DNA of 64,000 nt from Octopus sinensis (taxonomy: Eukaryota). The translations under genes and the position numbers were made by a program. Positions 1 through 11,146 of this stretch are shown piece by piece. Positions within the stretch are counted from its first letter, which is position 1. Each line of letters begins with the position of its first letter. The stretch is taken from positions 69,502,001-69,566,000 of the forward strand of contig NC_043008.1 in NCBI RefSeq assembly GCF_006345805.1. Reading direction: 5' to 3'. Below the pieces are notes generated by a model that saw only the letters and a program-made list of their open reading frames with translations, did not search any database and was not told the DNA's origin.

Positions 1-94
1 TGAAACTAAAACAGAAAAAAAAAACATATCTATTCACATGCATATATAAATTGTAAACAAATTATCAATAATATGTTTAATTAGCATAAATTAA

Positions 95-395
95 GGATCG
101 TATGGGAACTTTGAAAGTATTTGGCTTAAATATTAATTTTCAGACAGGTACAAGTATCTTAAAAATTGTAGACTTAACTTTAGACCTAAAGACAGGTAAG
201 TATCATGCGTCCCTGAAAGCTAATAGATAAATATATTACATTAATATACACTCTAACCACACGTTATATAATCATTACAAATTTAATCAATAACGTTAGT
301 AATAGTATATCGAGTATGTTTACAGATGAAGATAAATTTCGCCGTGGGTCAAATCATTTCAAAGGTGCTTAAGAAGAGAGGTTATATATTAAAAA
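95..395 (+). mobile_element. Decayed Penelope-like element (PLE), reverse transcriptase C-terminal/thumb fragment
   Basis: Manual translation from 111 gives LKVFGLNINFQTGTSILKIVDLTLDLKTGKYHASLKANR*IYYINIHSNH, then after a frameshift IIITNLINNVSNSISSMFTDEDKF and VLKKRGY. This fits the PLE pattern GL.I....V.FLD.TL.L..G.Y..Y.K.N....YI...SNHP...L..GY. One stop and frameshifts. Confidence 0.7.
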
Positions 396-427
396 AATAT
401 ACAAACAATAAATTAAAAACTAAACAA

Positions 428-625
428 GCGCAGGCATGGCTGCGTGCTAAGAAATTTCCTTTCTAACCACGTAGTTCTGAATTCAGTCCTACTGCATGGC
501 ACCTTTGGGTAAAGGTTTCTCGTATTATAGCTTCGACCGACAAAAGCTTTGTGAGTAGATTTATATGTAAGACGGAATCTGAAAGCCACACGATGTGCGT
601 GCGTGCGTGCGTGTGTGTGTGTAGG
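428..625 (+). mobile_element. SINE family A (tRNA-derived head plus CORE-like segment), 5' half
   Basis: GCGCAGGCATGGCTGCGTGCTAAG...AATTCAGTCCTACTGCATGGCACC matches the intact copies at 9244 and 13426; ends in (GT)n. Confidence 0.75.
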
Positions 626-831
626 TAACCGGGATCTTTCTTTCTTGCTTTGTAGTTTATACAAGGTAAACCTATTTTATTATATTCGTTGTAGTTACCA
701 TGCGTATTTATTGATAGTGAGAAATTTGTAGCTTGGGAGTGTTAGCTCCTCTTTCTAGCAAGTGGTACTTTGATACCCTACTTTATTTATTTTACCTATC
801 TGTATGTATGTATGTATGGATGGATGGATGG

Positions 832-915
832 ATGTCAGGTCACTTTCGAGTGCTACTGGTAACATGTAAGCCAGTACAACCTGTTGCATGGTCGGGTCGT
901 CGGCGACTAAACAGG
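832..915 (+). ncRNA. Candidate damaged HDV-like ribozyme at the element 5' end
   Basis: P2 CCTGT(880-884)/ACAGG(911-915), P1 3' strand CATGGTC(887-893), GG, P4 hairpin TCG-TCGG-CGA, J4/2 CTAA, and two hairpins in J1/2. P3/L3 and the first 4 nt of P1 are missing. Confidence 0.45.
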
Positions 916-1390
916 CGACCCCACCAAGCTTGCTTGGTGAGGAGGGTGTTTATTGGACACCCTGCGGGATGAAAAACAAAGCCCGTCAAAGGGCGGAGGA
1001 ACTCTTGAGAGTCAACAGCCATCAAATAAATGTCTTAAGGCTGTATCATGCGCGGGGACAAAGAAGTAATCGGACTGAATACCCGATCAAGCGGTTAAAC
1101 CATTGGGAGTGAAGGACTCCTAGCTTTTGTTAGGGTATCCTTCTAGGAGAAGGTAACTCAGGTAACTGGGATAACTCCGACATAAAACCTGCGGCTCAGT
1201 GGTTATCGATGATTTTGACTTGTTCTTCTTTTCGAATTATGGCTGCTGTTGCTTAGTGAGTAGGATTGATTCAGTGCACAGCCTTTCCTCACTTTAAAAA
1301 AAATCTTCTTGCACAGGCATTACACGATAACAACATTGATTAAGCGTCGTGCAATGGCCATACTCGATAATGAGGGGGCAGCCACCATGT
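832..1390 (+). mobile_element. Non-coding, highly structured short retroelement-like insertion in an (ATGG)n/(ATGT)n tract
   Basis: GC-richer 555-bp block bounded by (ATGT)n(ATGG)n on the left and (ATGT)n on the right. Many short perfect hairpins and no real ORF. CTAGGAGAAGGTAACTC resembles RTE-clade 5' UTR sequence (from memory). Confidence 0.6.
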
Positions 1391-1442
1391 ATGTATGTAT
1401 GTATGTATGTATGTACGTATGTATGTATGTATGTATGTATGT

Positions 1443-1500
<58 letters not shown>

Positions 1501-1518
1501 ATATATATATAATTATAT

Positions 1519-1790
1519 ATGTGGAAGCACATGGCCTAGTGGTTAGAGCAGCGGTCGAGGGATCGCAGGTTCGAATCTCAGACCGGACGAAACACCTAAG
1601 CTCTGGCAGAAGGTAATGGCGAACTTCTGCTAACACTTTCGCCACAACTTTCTCTCACTCTTTCCTCCTGCATCTTGTAGCTCACCTGCGACGGACTGGC
1701 GTCCCGTCCAGGTGGGGAACCTATACGCCAAGGAAACCAGGAAACCGGCCCTTATGAGCTAGGCGTGGCTCGACAAGGAACAAACAAAAT
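1519..1790 (+). mobile_element. tRNA-derived SINE with a V-domain-like central segment
   Basis: A box TGGCCTAGTGG and B box GGTTCGAATCT. CCTGCGACGGACTGGCGTCCCGTCCAGG resembles the V-SINE conserved domain. A-rich tail. Confidence 0.65.
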
Positions 1791-1894
1791 ATAAATATAT
1801 ATATGTATGCATATATGTACGTGGGTGTGGGTGCGCGCACACATCCGTTTTTGTCCCAGTGTCCCGCTTGGAAAACGGGGTTGGTTTTTTACGT

Positions 1895-2103
1895 TCCCAG
1901 AATCACTAGACGTCGTACAATATGCTTAGCAACCTTTGCTCTGATTCTTCATGCTCTGAGTACAAATACTGCTGAGGTCAACTGAGACATTTCATATTTT
2001 CGGGTTCGATAAAATAAAGTACCAGTGAGGTACTGGGTCGATGCAATCGGCTTGCCCTCATCTCAAAATATCTTCACTTTGAGCCAAAATTTTCATTATT
2101 ATT
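1895..2103 (+). mobile_element. SINE family B, degenerate copy
   Basis: GCTGAGGTCAACT...TTTCGGGTTCGATAAAATAAAGTACCAG...CTGGGTCGATGCAATCG matches the copies at 6442-7062. Confidence 0.7.
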
Positions 2104-2129
2104 AAGTCTTCTTAGTATTGTCACTAGTT

Positions 2130-2176
2130 TACTACTACTACTACTACAACTACTACTACTGCTGCTGCTGCTGCTG

Positions 2177-2207
<31 letters not shown>

Positions 2208-2253
2208 CAACACCATTTACTATCACTACCACCACCACCACCACCACAACCAG

Positions 2254-2293
<40 letters not shown>

Positions 2294-2297
2294 GCTA

Positions 2298-2334
<37 letters not shown>

Positions 2335-2417
2335 AGCTGCTGCCACTACTAGTACTACTACTACTACCAACACCATTTACTATCACTACCACCAACACCA
2401 CCACAACCAGCACCACC

Positions 2418-2452
<35 letters not shown>

Positions 2453-2453
2453 T
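2130..2453. repeat. Compound (CTA)n/(CTG)n/(CCA)n microsatellite with an internal duplication
   Basis: Direct reading; CTACCAACACCATTTACTATCACTACCACCA occurs twice (about 2204 and 2363). Confidence 0.9.
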
Positions 2454-2876
2454 ATATTTACTAATTATAATTAATTACTTTTATGTGATTTTAATGTTTA
2501 TATTGAGTCTAACATCCGTTTTATTCATTATTTTTATGGCTTTCCCATAATTTATATCATTGTATGCATATCAACACATCAATATTTGTTTGTAAAATTT
2601 TGGTCATTTATTTACATAAGTACGCGAATTTACAAATTATTGACTTGTTACTATAGTTCTGCAATGATATATATATTTATTTTCGTAACCACCAACAAAT
2701 TTTCGTCATAACGTGTCACGTTCTTTCCTGCTGTCATACTTATCTCACAGTAAGTTCCTAATTTATTGATGGAAAATATCTTGTCAGTCGATGCATTGTG
2801 TCTTCATCGTGTGAGCATTGTAATGGCAAAACTACTGGTTAGGATGAACAAATAATCTCAGCTTATAATAATGATG

Positions 2877-2907
<31 letters not shown>

Positions 2908-2922
2908 TATAATAATAATATA

Positions 2923-2962
<40 letters not shown>

Positions 2963-3317
2963 GTAATTATTGTGCATATACATAGATATATGTATGTATT
3001 TATGTAGATATGGTAGATACATATATACATAAAAGCACACGCACACACATGCATACACACACACATACGTACACTAATATATCATTTTCATTTAGTATAA
3101 TATATATACTTTACTCGCTTGTTGAATCACACGCAAGTGTCTGCGTGTGTGTGTGTATGTATGTTTATATATATATATATATATATATAAGTATAGAGAG
3201 ATAGAGAGATAGATATAGATATATGTATATTTACATGCGTATATATATATGTATATACAATTATATGCATGTATATTTAATACATACTATACATATAAGT
3301 GTATGTTTGAATGCATA

Positions 3318-3369
<52 letters not shown>

Positions 3370-3529
3370 TGTATGTATACATATATGATGCGAAAATATA
3401 ACTACATATTTAAGTACTGAATTCACAGCTTATCTACACACGACAAACATGCATGCATACATACATACATACATACGTACATACATACATACATACATAC
3501 ATACATACATACGTACGTACATACCTTCA

Positions 3530-3569
<40 letters not shown>

Positions 3570-3988
3570 CACATACATATGTGTGCATGTATGCGTGTAC
3601 GCACCTACACATACATACACACTATATGAGTTTGCGTGCATATTCGGTAAGTACACCATTAAATCTAAACAATGCCTTTAAGAATATGTCCAATAAGTGA
3701 TAGGGAAAAAGATAGAGAGAACCATAAACGGGAAGGGGGGAGAGAGTGGGAAGAGAGATAGAGATATAGAGAGAAGAGGGGGGAGCTGGACAGAAACAGA
3801 GACAAAGATACTGAGAGCGACAGAGAGAGGGGAGGAAGAGAGAGAGTGAAAAGAAGACATAAATAGAAACAGAACAGACACTGAGAGAGAAGATGAGAGG
3901 TGGGTGGATGGATGGAGGGAGGGAGGGAGAGAGGAAGAGAGGAAGAGAGAGAGAGGCACAGAGAGAGAAGAGAGTTCTTCCTGATATC

Positions 3989-4021
3989 TTCATTGATGCA
4001 AGCGTGAAACCATGGTATGGA
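3989..4021 (+). ncRNA. Decayed minimal type I hammerhead ribozyme (PLE-type)
   Basis: TTCA-TTGATG-CAAGCGT-GAAA-CCATGG-TA-TGGA: short stem I, palindromic stem III and GUA triplet; the CUGANGA core is mutated. Confidence 0.4.
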
Positions 4022-4491
4022 TTTAATGGTCTACTTAGCTCCATATATACGTGATTCCACACAACTCCAACCCCCATACTTCGGTCTGTATTATGCAGTC
4101 TAGTATTGTTAATCGTAAAAGGATAAGTAAAAACGTCACGCACGCACATATACACATATAATAGCTAATGGATCTGTGTCGATTTCGACGTTGACTATTT
4201 CAGTAGAATTATGTCCTCAATGAATTACCGTCTATATGGCTGAGTATTCCAGAGACAAAAGTTACTTGAACATTAGTGACAAGTATTGTTGGACGTCTAT
4301 GGGAATATGTATCAGTACTTACGTCTTGTTAAATGGCTTACAGGTGTTATAGTACTGTTTGGGGATATCGAGATCAGCCATGATACTATCAGTGGTGTAA
4401 GGTATGTTTTGTCATCTTGTCTGAATAATGCTACGATGTTAAGTAAAATGCGTTCTCCAAAACAGTCCAGCAGTGTGGTAAAGACAACGGT

Positions 4492-5105
4492 ATGGGATTT
4501 GGGATAACCAAATGCTCAGTACTTAATATGAAAAGTGGGAAGAAAGCAGCCTGCAGAGGATTGCAGTTACCATCAGGACAGACCATAGTTGAACCCGATG
4601 GTAGTGTGTATAGATATCTAGGGATTTTGGAGCTGGATGACATTCTGTACAGAGAAATGAAAGTCAACGTCAGCGAGGCGTATCAAAAAAGGGTGAAGAT
4701 GGTGTTGAAATCCAACCTGAATGTCAAAAATTTGATTACCGCAATGACTATCTGGGCAGTAGCGTTAGTCAGATATATTGTGCATCCATCATCAAATAGA
4801 CTTAGGATAAATATCAACGCTAGATAGAAGTACGAGAAAGTTGATGACACTGCATGTGGTGCTACACCCTAAAGCAAACGTAAACAGACTGTATATGTAA
4901 AGAAAGAATGGTGGCAGAGGACTAATTTGTTTAGACCATTGTATAAGGAGTGAAAGGAGAATGCTTGCCGAGTATTTGATAAATAGCGATGAAGACCAGC
5001 CGCGAAAGATATGGGTGTAAATGCAGATGAAATGATGGGCACAGAAGAGTTTAAGCAAAGAGCTGAGGAGAAGAGAAAAGATCTTCTTGAAATGGAAATG
5101 CATGG
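4492..5105 (+). mobile_element. R4/Dong-type (RLE-clade) non-LTR retrotransposon, RT C-terminal/thumb fragment, pseudogenised
   Basis: MGFGITKC...YRYLGILE...YQKRVKMVLKSNLNVKNLITAMTIWAVALVRY, then frameshifted LDRSTRKLMTLHVVLHPKANVNRLYM*RKNGGRGL...MHG; these are characteristic R4/Dong motifs. Confidence 0.85.
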
Positions 5106-5304
5106 CTAAACACAAAGAGGACAAACAAGGACAGACAAACGATCTAAGTCGATTATATTGACCCCAGTGCGTAACTGGTACTTATTTAATCGACCCCGAA
5201 AGAATGAAAGGCAAAGTCGACCTCGACGGAATTTGAACTCAGAACGTAGCGGCAGACGAAATACCGCTAAGCTTTTCGTCAGCGTGCTAATGATTCTGCC
5301 AGCT
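5106..5304 (-). mobile_element. SINE family B, missing its extreme tail and head
   Basis: Reverse complement of the 6442 copy; joined to the LINE fragment at GGCTAA. Confidence 0.85.
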
Positions 5305-5312
5305 ACTCACTC

Positions 5313-5376
<64 letters not shown>

Positions 5377-5379
<3 letters not shown>

Positions 5380-5931
5380 GCCCTGATGCAGTACCAGGCA
5401 GTGGCTCTCATGGCTTCTGATCTTAACTGATTGGAAGTGTTATCATGTACATTGTTTTGTCTTGGTATAAAAGATGGGCTACAGCAAATATTCTGCTCAA
5501 TACCGCAGATTTGCTTGTCAGTTGTTTGACCTTAACCAATTCAGCATGTCCCTTAGTGGCTGACGATATGTGCATCTCTGATCACGAGCAGAAGTAGTGG
5601 GGGAGCATCATAGCCATGTGTTGAGAGGGATTCTTTGGGGTTTGAATAATTCACCTCTGGAAACATGGGTGGTTCTTTCAACATCCTTAAACAACCTTAT
5701 CAGGGACCGTTTGAGCGGGATGGGCTACTCAACCTGAAGAAAATTCTAACTGGGCCCCACCTGCAAGGTCATGTGCTGTTTATTTTGATATGAGATCACC
5801 ATGTCGCGCACATATGGTTGTGATGCATGTGCCTGGTGTACCCTTATCAGACGGGTAGTCATGATGGGTATATTGGGCTTCGTATATTTTACCCCAGTGT
5901 CACTTTGATGGCATGAACTGCTCTCTCACTC
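5377..5931. mobile_element. 555-bp non-coding element embedded in (AAT)n
   Basis: Complex sequence flanked by (AAT)n at 5313-5375 and 5932-6006; both runs are preceded by CTCACTC. No ORF. Confidence 0.6.
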
Positions 5932-5999
<68 letters not shown>

Positions 6000-6009
6000 T
6001 AATAATATT

Positions 6010-6236
6010 TGTATGTGTGTGTATATGTTTGTGTGTCTGTGTTTGTCTCCCAAACATTGATTGACAACCGATGCTGGCGCGTTTATGTTCCGTAACTTAG
6101 TGGTTTGGCAAAAGAGTCCGAGAGAGTAAGTACTAGGCTTACAAAGAATAAGTTCTGGGGTCGATTTGCTCGACTAAAGGCGGTGCTCCAGTATGGCCAC
6201 AGTCACATGACTGAAACAATTAAAAGAGTAAAGAAG
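6010..6236 (+). mobile_element. SINE family A, 3' half
   Basis: TTGACAACCGATGCTGG...CGACTAAAGGCGGTGCTCCAG...GACTGAAACAATTAAAAGAG. Confidence 0.85.
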
Positions 6237-6441
6237 TGTAGCGATGTGGAATCAGTTTCTTGATGTATAAAAATATTGGATCGTCAAATCTTTAATACTT
6301 TTGAGCACAGCCAAACGCCTTTGAAAGACTTAGTTTGAAAGACAAGCGGTGATATCGACATTTGTTTTAAGCAACAACAACAGCAACAATGTATATTTAT
6401 TATATGCATCAATATTCTACATCAATATAAATTAGTTGGGA

Positions 6442-7062
6442 AGGCGGCGATCTGGCAGAAACGTTAGCACGCCGGGCGAAATGCTTAGAAGTATTTCGTC
6501 TGCCGCTACGTTTTGAGTTCAAATTCTGCCGAGGTCGACTTTGCCTTTTATCCTTTCGGGGTCGATTAAATAAGTACCAGTTACGCACTGGGATCGATAT
6601 AATCGACTTAAACCGGTTGTCTGTCCTTGTTTGTCCTCTCCGTGTTTAGCTCCTTGTGGGTAGTAAAGAAATAGGTATTTCACCTGTCGCTACGTTCTGA
6701 GTTCAAAATTCCGCCGAGGTCCACTTTGCCTTTCATCCTTTCGGGGTCGATAAATTAAGTAACAGTCACGCACTGGGGTCGATGTAATCGACTTAATCCC
6801 TTTGTCTGTCTTTGTTTGTCCCCTCTATCTTTAGCCCCCTGTGGGCAATAAACAAATAAGAATCGTTAGCACGCCGGGCAAAATGCTTAGCGGTATTTCG
6901 AACGTCTTTACATTCTCAATGCGAATTCCACCGAAGTCGACTTTGCCTTTCATCTATTCGAGGTCAATAAAATAAATATCAGTTTTGCACTGGAGTTGAT
7001 GTAATCAACTTACCCCCACTCCGAAATTGGTGGCTTTGCACCAAAGTTCTAAACCAATATTA
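6442..7062 (+). mobile_element. SINE family B, three head-to-tail or nested copies
   Basis: Three units (about 6442-6673, 6674-6860, 6861-7062), each with a GCCGAGGTCGACTTTGCCTTTCATCCTTTCGGGGTCGATAAA-like core that resembles the Sauria/MetaSINE-type domain from memory. B box GAGTTCAAATT. Confidence 0.9.
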
Positions 7063-7427
7063 ATTAGTTGAATTTTTTGTCAAATTTAGTCAATAGACAC
7101 ACTGTCGAGGCTTCAATTATTATTCAAAATATCAATGGCCGATCACGGAATTCAAGAGAGATCTTTGAGAAAATCAGTAGAACGTTGAACAAAATACCAA
7201 GTGGTATCTCGGTGCATATGTTTACGGTCTCTGCTCAAAATCCATTCTGCATTCATGCTTGTGCGATTTATAAAATAATTACCAGTCTCTGAAATATATG
7301 TGTTAGCAGGTGAGGGGAGTCATATAATCGAATGCACATCATAGAGCATTACGGTACCAAGTTAGTCCACAGACCGATGTCTAAACGATTATAACAGCAA
7401 GAAATTATACGTATTCTTTTACAAGGA

Positions 7428-7524
<97 letters not shown>

Positions 7525-7560
7525 GTATTGTACAATTTCTTTGTCTCAAAAATTTCTAAT

Positions 7561-8235
7561 GGGTGCAGGTGTGGCTGTGTGGTAAGAAGCTTGATTCTTA
7601 CCACACAGCGGCGAGCTGGCAGAAAAGTTAGCACGCCGGGCGAAATGCTTAGCAGTATTTCGTCTGCCGTTACGTTCTGAGTTAAAATTCCGCCGAGGTC
7701 GACTTTGCCTTTCATCCTTTCGGGGTCGATTAAATAAGAACCAGTTACGCACTGGCTTCGATATAATCGACTTAATCCGTTTGTCTGTCCTTGTTTGTCC
7801 CTGTGTGTGTAGCCCCTTGGGGGCAGTAAAGAAATAAGAAGCTTTATTCCTATCACGTGGTTCCAGGTTCAGTCTTACTGCGTGACACTTTGGGCAAGTG
7901 TCTTCTGCTACAGCCTCGAGTCGACCAGAGCCTTGTGAGTGGATATCAGAAGCAGAAACTGAAAGAACCCAGTCGTATATATATCTATATATGTGTGTAT
8001 GTGTGTGCATGTGTGCGTTTGTGTGCATGTCTTTGTGTCTTTATTTGTCCGCCACCACCGCTTCACAACTTGTGTTGGTGTATTTCCGTCCTCGTAATTT
8101 AGTGGTTCGGCAAAAGAGACCGATAAAATAAGTACTAGGCTTCAAAAATAAATCCTGGGGTCGATGTGTTCGACTAAAACACTTCAAGGTTGTGCTCCAG
8201 CATTGCCGCAGTCAAATTGACTGAAACAAGTAAAA
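7561..8235 (+). mobile_element. SINE family A interrupted by a family B copy (7608-7838)
   Basis: The family A head is split. Imperfect 22-bp TSD TAAGAAGCTTGATTCTTACCAC (7583-7604) / TAAGAAGCTTTATTCCTATCAC (7835-7856). Confidence 0.9.
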
Positions 8236-8521
8236 ATGTTATAAGAAATTCCTTACCTGTCTAGCTAACATGTAAAATTTGTAATTCCTATTAGCAAACG
8301 AAACACGTGTAATGGTGGATAAATGATACCAAAAACTTTCCTGCTTTATTGTACAATTAAGAATTATTTCCATGATTCTTAATTTTAATATGTATTTTGA
8401 CTAACATACACCAGCAGCTGAGATTACATACTGGATTGCAATAATGCAATTGCAGATGTACTTCAAGACAAAAGAGCTGGTATTTATCCTGACTACCTGC
8501 ATAATATCTATCTATCTATCC

Positions 8522-8593
<72 letters not shown>

Positions 8594-9243
8594 GGAGAGA
8601 GATTGATTTTTATGTACATGCGTGTATGTATGCGTATGTATGTATACATACAGACAGACACATACACACACACACATATATCCTTATATATGTGTGTGTG
8701 TATGTCTGTGTGAGTGTGTACGTATGTAGAGCGAGAGAGAGAAAGAAAGAAATAGACAGATGGAGTAAGGAAGACAAGAGATGGGAGAGATTAGAAAGAG
8801 AAGAGTGCATAAATTAATAGCTAGTTACAATGACGTGTACGTTAATGAAACGCTACATGCAATAATTGATTTAAAAATACTCACACACAGACGCATCCAC
8901 GAGAGCGAGCACACACACACTCATACACACACACATATATATACGGCCCTGTTAGGGTATGGGGTCGGATTCCAGACAAATACAGAAATTCGTCAGGTGT
9001 AGAAAATCCTGGTTTCAAAACGGCAAAACCGTTGTATGGGTGGAGCAAAGAGTAAACTATAATCCAAATATATAACTGATCGTGTTAAAGTATTTGTGTC
9101 TCTTATTCTCTTATTATTTTCAGGTCATATATATTCATACATACATACATATATACATATGTATATATATATAATAAATGTCTGAACGAGGTATATATAC
9201 AGACATGTATATATATGTATATATATATAATGTATGTTGTATA

Positions 9244-9425
9244 TGGCTGTGTGGTAAGTAGCTTGCTTAAAATTCACATGGTTCCAGGTTCAGTCCCACT
9301 GCGTGGCACCTTAAGCAAGTGTTTTTCCTATAGCCTCGGGCCGACCAAAGACTTGTGAGTGGATTTGGCAGACGGAAACTAAAAGAAGCCCGTCGTATAT
9401 ATGTATATATATGTGCGCGCGTGTG

Positions 9426-9456
<31 letters not shown>

Positions 9457-9660
9457 ATTTGTGTGTCTGTGTTGTTCCCCCCAAAATCGCTTGACAACCG
9501 GATGCTGGTGTGTTTATGTCCCTGTAACGTAGCGGTTCGGCAAAAGAGACCGATATAATATGTACCAGGCTTACAAAGAATAAGTCCTGGGGTCGATTTG
9601 CTCGACTAAAGGTGGTGCTCCAGCATGGCCACAGTCAAATGACTGAAACAAGTAAAAGAG
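9244..9660 (+). mobile_element. SINE family A, near full length
   Basis: TGGCTGTGTGGTAAG A box, GGTTCAGTCCC B box, CORE-like GGCACCTTAAGCAAGTG, internal (TA)/(TG) tract, tail AAGTAAAAGAG. Confidence 0.9.
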
Positions 9661-9670
9661 TATATAAAAT

Positions 9671-9708
<38 letters not shown>

Positions 9709-9745
9709 TTACATGTACGTATGTATATATGTACGTATATGTATA

Positions 9746-9893
9746 TACGATGTTGTGCTGAAAAGTTCCTGGCTTTGGGTAAAAGGAAATACAGGAAGAT
9801 TAGTTAATTAGTTTCTGAAGGACTCGGAAATTTGGGCCTCCAATAAATCCTGTCGCGATACCCTTAAAGCCAGGAATTTTTCAGCACCTCCTT
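9746..9893. mobile_element. Mariner-type MITE
   Basis: TIRs GTGCTGAAAAGTTCCTGGCTTT / AAAGCCAGGAATTTTTCAGCAC; begins TACGA. Confidence 0.8.
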
Positions 9894-10016
9894 CTCTGTG
9901 TGTGTGTGTGTGTGTGTGGTGTGTGTGTGTGTGTGTATCTGTGTGTGTGTGCGTGTGCATGTGTGTGTGTGTGTGCGTGCGTGTGTGTGTGTGCGCGTGC
10001 GCGTGTGTGTGTGTGT

Positions 10017-10047
<31 letters not shown>

Positions 10048-10057
10048 GCGTGTGTAC

Positions 10058-10578
10058 TTTTTTATTCTTTTACTTGTTTCAGCCATTTGACTGCAGCATG
10101 CTGGAGTACCGCTTGAAGTGGTTTTAGCACTTATTTCTTAAGCCTAGTAATTACCCCCCCCCCACCCCACGAACCGCTAAGTCACGGGGACGTAAACACA
10201 CCGATACTGGTTGTCAAGCGGTGATGGGGGCGTCACACATAGACACAAGAACGCACACTCAGACACACACACACACACACACATACGCACATACACACAC
10301 ACATGTGTGTGTGTGTTTGTGTGCACGACGTGTGTATGTGTGTGCTTGTCTTTGTCTCTGTGCTTGTCCCTCCAGCATCACTTGACAAACAGTCTCCGTA
10401 TATATATGAATATATATAGACACACAACAGGCTTCTTTCAGTTTCCATCTAACAAATCCCCTCACAAGGCTTTGGTCGGCTCGAGGTTATAATAGAAGAC
10501 ACTTGTCCAAAGGCCACGCAGTTGAACTGAACCCGGCACCATGTGGTTGAGAAACAAGCTTTTTACCACACAGCCACA
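10058..10578 (-). mobile_element. SINE family A
   Basis: Reverse complement of the 9244 copy, with an expanded internal microsatellite. Confidence 0.85.
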
Positions 10579-10992
10579 CATAATTAGGTGGATGTGTGCA
10601 TTTTCGTATATATATGCAGATATATTTACACACACACGTATACACACACACACACATGATTTAGTAACTATAATATAGATGCGTAGTAAAAATGTTTGAT
10701 AGGAAGCTATTGAAACACGTTTCTAGGGATGGAAATCAGTTATAACTCTATATATAATATATACACCAGCCGTACACTCCGGAAGAGGCACCTGCTTTTA
10801 AACAAATTCCAACACCGTCCTGGCAAACGTAGATTCACATCTATGCACAGACGGACCACCCACAAGCAGAGATATTTCCGATAGGTATGTGATAAATAAC
10901 CGTCAAGACATACATATGCGTGGTGTGTGTGTGGTGTGTAGTGTGGGTGGGTGTGTTTGTGCGTGCGTGTGTGTGTGTATATATAAATATAT

Positions 10993-11039
<47 letters not shown>

Positions 11040-11095
11040 TCGAACCTATCAGCGTATGTGTCTTTGTACGTGCGCACATAGATAGATAGATAATA

Positions 11096-11146
<51 letters not shown>

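Noticed and set aside
1519-1590. tRNA gene (also the heads of family A and B SINEs)
   Set aside because: A/B boxes are present but there is no complete cloverleaf, and the sequence continues into SINE bodies.
8415-8426. 12-nt match to the miR-216 5' end on the minus strand
   Set aside because: No complementary arm to form a precursor hairpin.
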